DNA of 64,000 bases from a virus. Below, one piece after another: positions 53,825-61,383 of the stretch (within the stretch, counting starts at the first letter, position 1; every line of letters starts with the position of its first letter). The notes beneath the pieces were generated by a model. It ran no database searches and had not been told where the DNA came from. It was given only the letters and a program-made list of their open reading frames with translations. A program made the position numbers and the translations under genes. The stretch lies in the IMG/VR virus record IMGVR_UViG_3300019487_000005, positions 5,031-69,030 of that record; one strand, written 5' to 3'.

Positions 53825-54201
53825 TTCTGCCTCACTAACACCAGCGTCGGCATACTTACCTTCCCCGATCCTTCACACACCTTGCACTCTATCTCTTCAA
53901 AGACCTGGTTCAGCGAATGAGACATGATGCCCTTTCTCACTTCCACTTCATAGGTTCCTTCTCCACCACATTCCGCGCACTCGACCAGTTGGGAGATCTC
54001 CTCTACGCGAGCAATCCCTTGCAGCTCATGATCATTGTTGAGTCCTACGCGATAGTCGGGATCGGCAAGGAAGATCTGGAATTCTTCGTAAGGAGCGACG
54101 ATCTCATCCCACCGGCGAGAAGTGAGAGGTTTGGGCCGGCTGGCGATCTCAATTGATCGGCGTAAACGATGCTGCAAAAGATCATTAACTGTTGGGTTCA
54201 T
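53821..54201 (-). CDS. protein with DnaJ-type CxxCxGxG zinc-finger pair
   Basis: 126-aa ORF. CAECGGEG ... CKVCEGSG. Confidence 0.5.
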   Translation of the reverse strand: MNPTVNDLLQHRLRRSIEIASRPKPLTSRRWDEIVAPYEEFQIFLADPDYRVGLNNDHELQGIARVEEISQLVECAECGGEGTYEVEVRKGIMSHSLNQVFEEIECKVCEGSGKVSMPTLVLVRQK

Positions 54202-54383
54202 TGTTCTTTACTTTCTGCTAATCGTTCGAGTGCCGCACGAGTTCTAAGTGTCACACCAATATCGTCAGAGTCAGAGTCTGCTAATTCCAGAATAGCTCTC
54301 GCCAGCAGGGTTACTGCGTCATCAGTCGCACCAGCAAGTCTGTTAATGTCCTTAGCTAGTAAGACTTCATTCTCTGTTCCCAT
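54198..54383 (-). CDS. hypothetical protein
   Basis: 61-aa ORF with an ATGA junction. Confidence 0.4.
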   Translation of the reverse strand: MGTENEVLLAKDINRLAGATDDAVTLLARAILELADSDSDDIGVTLRTRAALERLAESKEQ

Positions 54384-54402
54384 AATTCCCCTCCTTTACA
54401 AT

Positions 54403-54582
54403 CTATCTAAAACCAAGTCTTTGAGCTTCGCTGAGCATCCGATCCTGGTATTCCTCTTCTGAGAATCTTTGACACTCAGGATCAGGACAGCCATCGGGTT
54501 CCAGCGGAGCGCCGCATTGCTCGCAAGTGCATTCATCACTGGTCAGGGGGTCGAGTTCTATTAGTTCTTCTAGAGTGCTCAT
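54403..54582 (-). CDS. Cys-rich small protein
   Basis: ATG 54582 forms an ATGA junction with the upstream stop. ..CTCEQCG...CPDPEC.. Confidence 0.4.
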   Translation of the reverse strand: MSTLEELIELDPLTSDECTCEQCGAPLEPDGCPDPECQRFSEEEYQDRMLSEAQRLGFR

Positions 54583-54809
54583 GCTACCTCCAATTCCTGC
54601 AGGCCCCACTTTTCAACGCCAGCCTCTTTCTCGTCGTGGTATTGCATTGCCCACCGTTGGCCAAAGAGAGCATTCATTTGTACGCGAGCTGCTTCGTAGG
54701 AGCCGTTCAACACCACGTAATGGTTCTTTAGACTTGCACCGGTTTCTGGATGAACGTGGCCGAAGCCAAACGTGAAGATCCAGCGATTATGATCGGGATC
54801 GTATTTCAT
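54579..54809 (-). CDS. hypothetical protein
   Basis: ATG 54809 (MKYDPDHNRW..) forms an ATGA junction with the upstream stop. Confidence 0.4.
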   Translation of the reverse strand: MKYDPDHNRWIFTFGFGHVHPETGASLKNHYVVLNGSYEAARVQMNALFGQRWAMQYHDEKEAGVEKWGLQELEVA

Positions 54810-55111
54810 GCTGCTAACTTCCCCTCTCTCTTCAGTAAATGAATGAGCAGCGATCCGGCGTGGTAGCAACTTCCCCGAGTCCAATAGAATCCTTCACAGA
54901 TCCGCCCAGTTCTTACGTCCACGCACGAAACAATCTCAGGCTCAATTCCGCGCCAAACAACTTTGCACTCATACTTTCCATGAGACGCAGTGCGCGGGGT
55001 GACGCGGTAGGTGTTCGGCCCCTTCTTCGTTACCCAGGGCTTTTCACTCAAGGCTTTCTGAATCACCCTCTGTGAAAATGTCTGGCTGGTCATCTCTCTC
55101 TCCCTTCCCAC
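54806..55111 (-). CDS. SWIM-like zinc-finger protein (first gene of leftward operon)
   Basis: 101-aa ORF. ..SCVDVRTGRICEGFYWTRGSCYHAGSLL.. resembles C..C..CxH. Confidence 0.4.
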   Translation of the reverse strand: MGREREMTSQTFSQRVIQKALSEKPWVTKKGPNTYRVTPRTASHGKYECKVVWRGIEPEIVSCVDVRTGRICEGFYWTRGSCYHAGSLLIHLLKREGKLAA

Positions 55112-55196
55112 CGGAAGTGCCGCGGCAAAAATAAATTTTCAAATCGCTTTAACCTGTGTACGTTTCTGAGACCAGTGGTACATCTTTCAGGATCGG

Positions 55197-55228
55197 TAAA
55201 ACCGCGGCGGCGTGGCAGCCGCCGCCGC
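55197..55228 (-). terminator. candidate intrinsic terminator/attenuator in the leftward leader
   Basis: 9-bp GC stem (55204-55212 pairs with 55220-55228, GCGGCGGCG/CGCCGCCGC) with a 7-nt loop. On the minus strand it is followed by GGUUUUA. It lies between the leftward promoter and the first gene. Confidence 0.35.
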
Positions 55229-55321
55229 AATCACACGCTTCTCCAATCTGACCTCTAACCAAAACTTTCAATCCTGCCATATCCGCCTGATTTACGTTCC
55301 TGCCTGATCAGGCACAGTTGA

Positions 55322-55351
55322 ATTATATTTGCACGTGACGTGCAAAGTCAA
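55322..55351 (-). promoter_or_regulatory. leftward early promoter (PL-like)
   Basis: The minus strand reads TTGACT (55351-55346), an 18-nt spacer containing the operator palindrome, then TATAAT (55327-55322). Confidence 0.6.
55329..55345. promoter_or_regulatory. operator palindrome TTGCACGT-G-ACGTGCAA
   Basis: Perfect 8+1+8 inverted repeat. A second copy lies at 57863-57879. Confidence 0.65.
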
Positions 55352-55522
55352 GTACTATTTCACCCGCCAAAATAAATCTTGGGAATCGCCTAGATTCCTA
55401 AGGAAAGCGGGATGTTCAGGCCTAACACGACATCTCGTGCAAAACCGAATATCTCGCAAGCAGGGCTTCTACAGGACGCGGTTAGGCGCAGAAAGTAGAG
55501 GCCTTTGCTATTGGGGCTAAAT

Positions 55523-56638
55523 ATGGAGTTTTACGTTGACGAAGGCCTGCGGAAGCTAATCCCGCCTCTATCTGAAGGCGAACTCTCACAACTGGAAGAA
55601 AACCTGAAAAGGGAGGGTTGCCGGGATCCTCTGGTTATCTGGAAAGAGAAAGGGATCTTATTAGATGGCCATCATCGCCAAGAAATATGTGGCCGTCACC
55701 AAATCCCATTTGAAACAGTTACGGTCTCTCTGCCAGATCGGAATGCGGCTAAAGCCTGGGTGATCACCAATCAATTCGGTCGCCGGAACCTAGCGCCATT
55801 TGTACGGGCAGAACTAGCCTTAAAGCTAGAACCCTTAATCGCGCAACAGGCAAAAGAGCGTCAAAGAGAAGGTGGACGTATAAAGGTTGTGCAGAATTCT
55901 GCACAAGCTAGTAAAACCCGTGAAGAAGTAGCGAGGGTTGCTGGGGTCTCACACGACACCATCGATAAAGCCAAGGTGATAGCACAACACGCCCCCGAGG
56001 ACGTTAAGGCCCAGCTCAGAAGTGGCGAAACCACCATCAATGCAGCCTACACGCGGATTCAACGTGAGAAAAGACGAGAGGATGCCGCCAAGGGCCTCGC
56101 TGCCTCGCCCAAGGGTAAGTACCGTGTTTTATATGCTGATCCACCCTGGAAGTACGGTGACACTCGAGATGGGCTGGAAGGTACAACTGGCGCAACTGCG
56201 CATTACCCAACGATGAGCATTACGGAACTGTGCGATCTCCCTGTCCAGGATTGGATCGAGGATAACGCGGTTCTTTTTCTGTGGGTTACTTCTCCCCTGC
56301 TTTTTGAATGTCAACCAGTCATTAAGGCGTGGGGTTTCCAATACAAGACTTCCTTCGTTTGGGACAAGGTGAAACACAACCTAGGCCACTACAACTCGGT
56401 CCGGCATGAATTCTTGTTGGTATGTACGCGGGGGAGCTGTATCCCCGATGTACCGAAGCTATTTGATAGCGTCCAGACAATTGAGCGGGGTGAGCACTCA
56501 GCAAAGCCCGATGAATTCAGAGAAATGATCGATCATCTATATCCACACGGGCGAAGACTGGAATTATTTGCAAGGCGCAAGGTAGGTAAGTGGGAAGCAT
56601 ACGGAAATGATGACGCCTTATTACGAGAAACAGCTTGA
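55523..56638 (+). CDS. ParB-like nuclease domain fused to MT-A70-family N6-adenine methyltransferase
   Basis: ATG 55523. N-terminal ..PLVIWKEKGILLDGHHR.. is ParB-N-like. C-terminal YRVLYADPPWKY...HYPTM...LFLWVT... carries the DPPW motif. Confidence 0.8.
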   Translation: MEFYVDEGLRKLIPPLSEGELSQLEENLKREGCRDPLVIWKEKGILLDGHHRQEICGRHQIPFETVTVSLPDRNAAKAWVITNQFGRRNLAPFVRAELALKLEPLIAQQAKERQREGGRIKVVQNSAQASKTREEVARVAGVSHDTIDKAKVIAQHAPEDVKAQLRSGETTINAAYTRIQREKRREDAAKGLAASPKGKYRVLYADPPWKYGDTRDGLEGTTGATAHYPTMSITELCDLPVQDWIEDNAVLFLWVTSPLLFECQPVIKAWGFQYKTSFVWDKVKHNLGHYNSVRHEFLLVCTRGSCIPDVPKLFDSVQTIERGEHSAKPDEFREMIDHLYPHGRRLELFARRKVGKWEAYGNDDALLRETA

Positions 56639-57200
56639 GCGTGGTCTTGTATTTCAAGACTTTGTTTACGAACTACTAAGCCGACATGGTATTAACACCG
56701 TAGCCTATTCCAGTCGGTTGTTTCAGCTTCACAAGGGCGAGAACAAAGCGAAAATGGAAATAAAGTTTGATGATAAGTTAGCGACTACGGGTAACTTGTG
56801 GATTGAGGTAGCGGAGAAGACGAATCCGAAGAACCTTAAATATATCGATTCGGGAATTTGTCGAGACTGCTACGAGTACGTGATTGGGAATTACAACATC
56901 ATCTATCGCTTGCCGGTCAGCGTGTTACGGCTTATGAGAGATAAGGGACGTTACCCGATACGGGAAAACAGACTAAAGACAAGTCAGGGGTTCTTATTGC
57001 CTGCATATGAAGCCGCGAAGATTGCTATCCAGGTCATTAAGGCTAATTGCCAAACTGAGGCAGCAGAATTGTTTGAAGCTCAGGAAGTAGATAGGCAGGC
57101 AGTCGAACAACACATGAGAGAAATGCTGAGCGCGGCGAAATGTGATCCAGATCAGCTAACGTTCGATAAGTTACTCAACGATTCTAATGACTCCCACTAA
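56607..57200 (+). CDS. hypothetical protein
   Basis: 197-aa ORF overlapping the methyltransferase 3' end by 32 nt. No family recognised. Confidence 0.45.
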   Translation: MMTPYYEKQLERGLVFQDFVYELLSRHGINTVAYSSRLFQLHKGENKAKMEIKFDDKLATTGNLWIEVAEKTNPKNLKYIDSGICRDCYEYVIGNYNIIYRLPVSVLRLMRDKGRYPIRENRLKTSQGFLLPAYEAAKIAIQVIKANCQTEAAELFEAQEVDRQAVEQHMREMLSAAKCDPDQLTFDKLLNDSNDSH

Positions 57201-57845
57201 GACGGCGACTGGCTTAATCCTGTGCGCAGGTCTTTTGATCTCAGGATAACCCTCCGTAGAGGGTAGCAGTACTCTTTCGTTGCCCTTCTCTCTCCAGCGT
57301 TTCAGCGTTATTCCTTCGCCAACGATGTCCGCCACGATTAGTTCGTTTGGGCCTGGCTTATAGGTTTTCGGGACATTACGAACAATTATAATGTCGCCGG
57401 TTAAAACGGCAGCTCCCGTCATGCTATTCCCTGTAACACGAAGTGCAAAGTGATCGCCCCTTTTACGGATCATCCTGGCATCAACCGTTATTGAGTCTTC
57501 GTCTTCACCTTTCAGGAAAAATTCAACGGCGTCGCCGGCCGCGACTTTCGCCGTAATTGGAATGGACACTTCTTTCTCAACGGGAATGTAAGCCTTTAGC
57601 CATCCTATTCCAAAATCGCTTTTAAGCACTTGGGCTAAACGAATCCAAGTAGTTTTGTCTGGTTCGGTTTGCCCCAACTCGGTCCTGACAATCGTTTGAT
57701 GCGATACGCCAACTTCCCTGCCTAACTTCACCACGGACCAACCAAGCTGTAGGCGTTCGTGCCGCACTCTACCTCCAGGCGTTGACAGATCGGCGGCCTG
57801 GCCGGGTCGGCCGAGTGGTGATTTTTCCTTGGATTTAGCGGGCAC
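57171..57845 (-). CDS. CI/LexA-like repressor (XRE HTH + S24 peptidase)
   Basis: 224-aa ORF (GTG start). HTH ..WSVVKLGREVGVSHQTIVRTELG... S24 motif ..VTGNSMTGA...ITLKRW.. provides the Ser/Lys dyad. Confidence 0.85.
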   Translation of the reverse strand: MPAKSKEKSPLGRPGQAADLSTPGGRVRHERLQLGWSVVKLGREVGVSHQTIVRTELGQTEPDKTTWIRLAQVLKSDFGIGWLKAYIPVEKEVSIPITAKVAAGDAVEFFLKGEDEDSITVDARMIRKRGDHFALRVTGNSMTGAAVLTGDIIIVRNVPKTYKPGPNELIVADIVGEGITLKRWREKGNERVLLPSTEGYPEIKRPAHRIKPVAVLVGVIRIVE

Positions 57846-57856
57846 GAAAATAACGC

Positions 57857-57886
57857 TTGACTTTGCACGTAACGTGCAATTAAGAT
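57857..57886 (+). promoter_or_regulatory. rightward early promoter (PR-like)
   Basis: TTGACT (57857-57862), an 18-nt spacer containing the operator palindrome, then TAAGAT (57881-57886). Confidence 0.55.
57863..57879. promoter_or_regulatory. operator palindrome TTGCACGT-A-ACGTGCAA
   Basis: Perfect 8+1+8 inverted repeat between the repressor gene and the Ner/Cro-like gene. Confidence 0.65.
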
Positions 57887-57932
57887 AAGCTAGTTAGCCT
57901 GCCAGAGCAGGCACAATTTAAATCTGACAAGT

Positions 57933-58178
57933 ATGCCACTATCAGCACTAGACATAAAGCTGGAAATTATGAGGCGGGGCGACTCTATTGCGGGTTTAGC
58001 ACGCAAGTGGAACACCACGCCAGAGATACTCGGGCGCGTAATTCACAGGCGTTGGTTTTTCGTTTATCCAGAGGTGCGCAAGCGCCTTGCTCGTTATTTA
58101 AACGTTCCCGTTCGCGAAGTCGGCCAAGACCCTAAACGGAAGCGTCAGGCGAAGCGCACCGAAGGTAAAGCAGCCTAA
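57933..58178 (+). CDS. Ner/Cro-like HTH regulator
   Basis: 81-aa ORF divergent from the repressor. ..IKLEIMRRGDSIAGLARKWNTTPEILGRVIHRR...VRKRLARYLNVPVREV resembles Mu Ner-type proteins. Confidence 0.55.
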   Translation: MPLSALDIKLEIMRRGDSIAGLARKWNTTPEILGRVIHRRWFFVYPEVRKRLARYLNVPVREVGQDPKRKRQAKRTEGKAA

Positions 58179-58346
58179 AAGGGACACTCCCGTCCCTGAA
58201 TCGGGGACGGAAAAAAGTTTAGTTATTCGAGGGTGACTTAGAGTTTAACACCTTAGTCAAGTCATTAATAAAGCAAGACTTATTGCAAATGGACGCCCAG
58301 CTAGCAGAAATGATCATAGCTATTGAGAGATTTGAGGAAAGTAAGA

Positions 58347-58373
58347 AATTGGAGTGTGAGGAAGAGAGTAAGG
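58347..58373 (+). repeat. 27-nt direct repeat, copy 1 (AATTGGAGTGTGAGGAAGAGAGTAAGG)
   Basis: Identical to 59299-59325. It sits just upstream of the ATG at 58381. Confidence 0.9.
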
Positions 58374-58380
58374 AGCAATC

Positions 58381-58659
58381 ATGAGTGCAAAGAATGGGGC
58401 CAGACCTGTTTTAGTAACCACGGTCCATAAGGGCGTGTTTTTTGGGTACGCCACTGATACGTCAGGCTCAACGATTCACCTGAAGCGGGCAAGGCTCTGT
58501 ATTTACTGGAGCGCTGATCTTCGCGGGTTCATGGGGCTAGCGTCTCAGGGGCCGAATAAAAGCTGCAAGATCGGCCCTCCGGCAGATATTGAACTCCGTG
58601 ACGTTACGTCAATCACCGAAGTCGTACCCGAGGCAGTCAAGAAATGGGAGCAAGAGTAA
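58381..58659 (+). CDS. hypothetical protein
   Basis: 92-aa ORF. Confidence 0.5.
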   Translation: MSAKNGARPVLVTTVHKGVFFGYATDTSGSTIHLKRARLCIYWSADLRGFMGLASQGPNKSCKIGPPADIELRDVTSITEVVPEAVKKWEQE

Positions 58660-59300
58660 TTCACGGTTCCCTGCCTGCTTGGGCTGAGGTTCAAGCTGAC
58701 GGCTACGGCTACGGCGACGGCTCCGGCTACGGCTACGGCTACGGCTCCGGCTACGGCGACGGCTCCGGCTACGGCTCCGGCTCCGGCTACGGCTCCGGCT
58801 CCGGCTACGGCTACGGCTACGGCGACGGCTACGGCTACGGCTCCGGCTCCGGCTCCGGCTCCGGCTACGGCTACGGCTACGGCTACGGCGACGGCTACGG
58901 CTACGGCTCCGGCTACGGCGACGGCTCCGGCTACGGCGACGGCGACGGCTACGGCTACGGCTACGGCGACTGGGTAACGCTTTTTAAGTCTTTTCAGTCT
59001 CAACCGCGGGTAAAAGACTTGCTTGACGATCCGGAAGTATCGTTTGGTTATTGGAAATCGGGTGAGGATGGCAAGCCAAGTAACGGCGGCTCAGCAAAAG
59101 AGGCAGCTTATTCTGGAATGGTTCAAGAGATTTCCGGCCCGTTGAAGATCTGCACAAAGAACGCGCTTCATGCAACGGTAGAACCGAACAAATGGGAAGG
59201 GGAAAGACTCTGGTTAGTTGCTCTCTTTGGCGAGGTTCAGAGGCAAGAGGACAAGATGGGGGCGTTGAAAAGAGAGATTCTTTGTGAGGTAAAGATCTAA
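58644..59300 (+). CDS. protein with 90-aa (Gly-X)45 repeat (X = Tyr/Ser/Asp) and a globular C-terminal domain
   Basis: 218-aa ORF whose start overlaps the upstream gene end. GYGYGDGSGYGYGYGSGYGDGSGYGSGSG... is followed by a non-repetitive 110 aa. Confidence 0.55.
   Translation: MGARVIHGSLPAWAEVQADGYGYGDGSGYGYGYGSGYGDGSGYGSGSGYGSGSGYGYGYGDGYGYGSGSGSGSGYGYGYGYGDGYGYGSGYGDGSGYGDGDGYGYGYGDWVTLFKSFQSQPRVKDLLDDPEVSFGYWKSGEDGKPSNGGSAKEAAYSGMVQEISGPLKICTKNALHATVEPNKWEGERLWLVALFGEVQRQEDKMGALKREILCEVKI
58701..58970 (+). repeat. 45 tandem hexanucleotides (GGCTAC / GGCTCC / GGCGAC)
   Basis: Read directly from the sequence. Encodes the Gly-X repeat. Confidence 0.9.
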
Positions 59301-59325
59301 TTGGAGTGTGAGGAAGAGAGTAAGG
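59299..59325 (+). repeat. 27-nt direct repeat, copy 2
   Basis: Identical to 58347-58373. It begins at the stop codon of the Gly-X repeat gene, upstream of the ATG at 59351. Confidence 0.9.
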
Positions 59326-59350
59326 GGGTTTTGTTAGGAGACCCGGAAAC

Positions 59351-60229
59351 ATGCAGGTAACGAATCGTCTAAATTTGCCTGAACCTTTAGTAAAGGCTGT
59401 GACGCGGCCCTTGCGTGAGCACGTAGCTCGCCGGATTGGGATTACCGAATTGTTGCAGCCGCCGCAGCTTCGGGCTTTGAAGATCAAGCATGAAGCTGAA
59501 CTCACTGAAGATGCCTCAGATCGGATTTGGGCACTGTTGGGAACCTTGCTCCACGGCGTTTTAGAGCGTAATGCCCAAGGATTAAAAGACTACGTAGCTG
59601 AGGAAAAGTTAACAATGGAGATCTTGGGGTGGACGGTAGTGGGCAAGTATGACCTCAGCAATTTGGTGCTTGATGGTGAGATTCTAACCGACTGGAAACT
59701 GACCAGCATTTACCAATTCAAAGACAAAGAAGTTAAACCAGAGTGGACTAAACAACTTAATTGTTACGCCGAGCTTTTAAGACGCAATAACTACAACGTT
59801 AAGCAGGTTCAGGTCGTGGCCATTGGGCGGGACTGGTCGCGGGCCAAATCGTTAAGAGAATCGGACTATCCGCAGGAGCAGGTAAAGGTTGTACCAATTG
59901 AGCTTTGGGACTCGACGCGGGCAACTGAATTTCTCGAGCAGCGAATAAGGTTGCACGAGCAGGCGGAAGAATCCGGTGTTTGGCCCGATTGTAACGATGA
60001 AGATATGTGGGCACGGCCAAGTGAATGGGCATTAATGCGGAAGGGGCGCAAGAAGGCAGTCAAGTTGTTTATTACGAAAGAGACTGCCGAAAAGTGGTTA
60101 GACGGAATCCTGGGGGGTGACAAGTCTCATTTCATTGTTGAGCGTGAAGGCCAGAGAATCAGGTGTCAGGGGTACTGTCCGGTTTCTGCCTTTTGCTCGC
60201 AATATCAAAACTACAAAGGAGACAACTAA
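59351..60229 (+). CDS. PD-(D/E)XK nuclease, RecB/Cas4-like
   Basis: 292-aa ORF. ..GTLLHGVLE.., ..GKYD..(13)..TDWKLTS.., QLNCY (QxxxY) and a C-terminal C-x3-C-x5-C. Confidence 0.6.
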   Translation: MQVTNRLNLPEPLVKAVTRPLREHVARRIGITELLQPPQLRALKIKHEAELTEDASDRIWALLGTLLHGVLERNAQGLKDYVAEEKLTMEILGWTVVGKYDLSNLVLDGEILTDWKLTSIYQFKDKEVKPEWTKQLNCYAELLRRNNYNVKQVQVVAIGRDWSRAKSLRESDYPQEQVKVVPIELWDSTRATEFLEQRIRLHEQAEESGVWPDCNDEDMWARPSEWALMRKGRKKAVKLFITKETAEKWLDGILGGDKSHFIVEREGQRIRCQGYCPVSAFCSQYQNYKGDN

Positions 60230-60230
60230 A

Positions 60231-61115
60231 ATGCGAGGACTACAAGAGAAGGGGGAAGGAGGCATTTTCCTGGCAATCAAACATGGGTGCATTTGTCAGG
60301 AAAGTAAAACCCCAAAAGAGAAATTCAAACCGATTGACGTAACCAATCCCCGCACCGGGGAAGTCACGACTAAGTTTATTCGACCCTATAACTCAGTGGA
60401 AGCACTGATCAAGCGGGTCGAATGGTACGACACCGCTGATCGATACGACGCCCGCTACATGGGCTGGAAGATTCACTTGGACGCCAATGGAACGGGTTGT
60501 GTTTTGGACCTTCCGTTTGAGTCCCGACCTGCCAGTCGGTTTATGAAGCTGGCGGAAAACATTGATTACAGCAAGCCAGTGGAGTTTCGGGCCTGGTACG
60601 ACAGTAAAACCGAGTCAACAGCATTCTTTGTCGGGCAACGAGAAAACGAATCAGACGAGCACAGTATTTCAGTGCCGCAAAGATATACCAAAGAGAATCC
60701 TGGCGAGTGCCCACCTCCGGTCCAGAAGTTTAATGGTAAGTGGAATTTTGACGATCAGAAGGAGTTTCTCTACGACCGGATGATCAACGTGGTGATTCCA
60801 ATGGTGCAGGCAGTTAGCGCCAACGGGCATGCGCCGGAGGCAAACGGCCCCGAGACGCAGGCGGAAGCCACCACGGAAGCAGCGGCGGAAGCGGCCGAGG
60901 CGGAAGTAGTTGATCCGTTAAAGGAAGCAAACCCGTCCACAGAACTGCTGAGAGGAATCAAGCGCACCATTGGAGCATTAGCCAAAACGCCGGCAGCTCG
61001 GGCGCAGATGCTTGAGGACTACTTCGGAAGTCGGGTGTGGGCCGAGGTTGAAAAACTGCCGAAGGATGTAATTAAGGCAGGCGCCGAGAAACTTGATGAG
61101 CTGATTCCCTTCTGA
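60231..61115 (+). CDS. putative ssDNA-binding/recombination protein with SSB-type acidic C-terminal tip
   Basis: ATG 60231 lies 2 nt after the nuclease stop. Low-complexity Ala/Glu linker, ending ..KLDELIPF, like the SSB DDDIPF tip. Confidence 0.45.
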   Translation: MRGLQEKGEGGIFLAIKHGCICQESKTPKEKFKPIDVTNPRTGEVTTKFIRPYNSVEALIKRVEWYDTADRYDARYMGWKIHLDANGTGCVLDLPFESRPASRFMKLAENIDYSKPVEFRAWYDSKTESTAFFVGQRENESDEHSISVPQRYTKENPGECPPPVQKFNGKWNFDDQKEFLYDRMINVVIPMVQAVSANGHAPEANGPETQAEATTEAAAEAAEAEVVDPLKEANPSTELLRGIKRTIGALAKTPAARAQMLEDYFGSRVWAEVEKLPKDVIKAGAEKLDELIPF

Positions 61116-61123
61116 GGTGACTT

Positions 61124-61318
61124 ATGAAAACCACAATCGACGTTGAATCACGCAGAGAAGCTGATCTGATCAAGACGGCATTAAACGATCCGATCACCAG
61201 AGCATTTGTTCAGGTGATGGGCGCCTTACTTCCCTTGAGTCATAGAGATCAGATCCGAGTCTTGAACTTTGTTTCTGACAAATTAGCGGAGGCAAAGGAA
61301 GAGAAGGTTAGAGTCTAG
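61124..61318 (+). CDS. hypothetical protein
   Basis: 64-aa ORF. Confidence 0.45.
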   Translation: MKTTIDVESRREADLIKTALNDPITRAFVQVMGALLPLSHRDQIRVLNFVSDKLAEAKEEKVRV

Positions 61319-61383
61319 AGTTTTGCAGGGTGGTCTTACTCGTAAGGGTAGATTGACGACAGCCTTCTTCTGGCGAAACAGTC

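Noticed and set aside
58190-58210. Hairpin CCGTCCC-TGAATCG-GGGACGG after the Ner/Cro-like gene as an intrinsic terminator
   Set aside because: On the plus strand it is followed by AAAAAAGTTT, not a U-tract, and on the minus strand no U-run directly follows. It may be a processing or stability hairpin, but a terminator call is unsupported.
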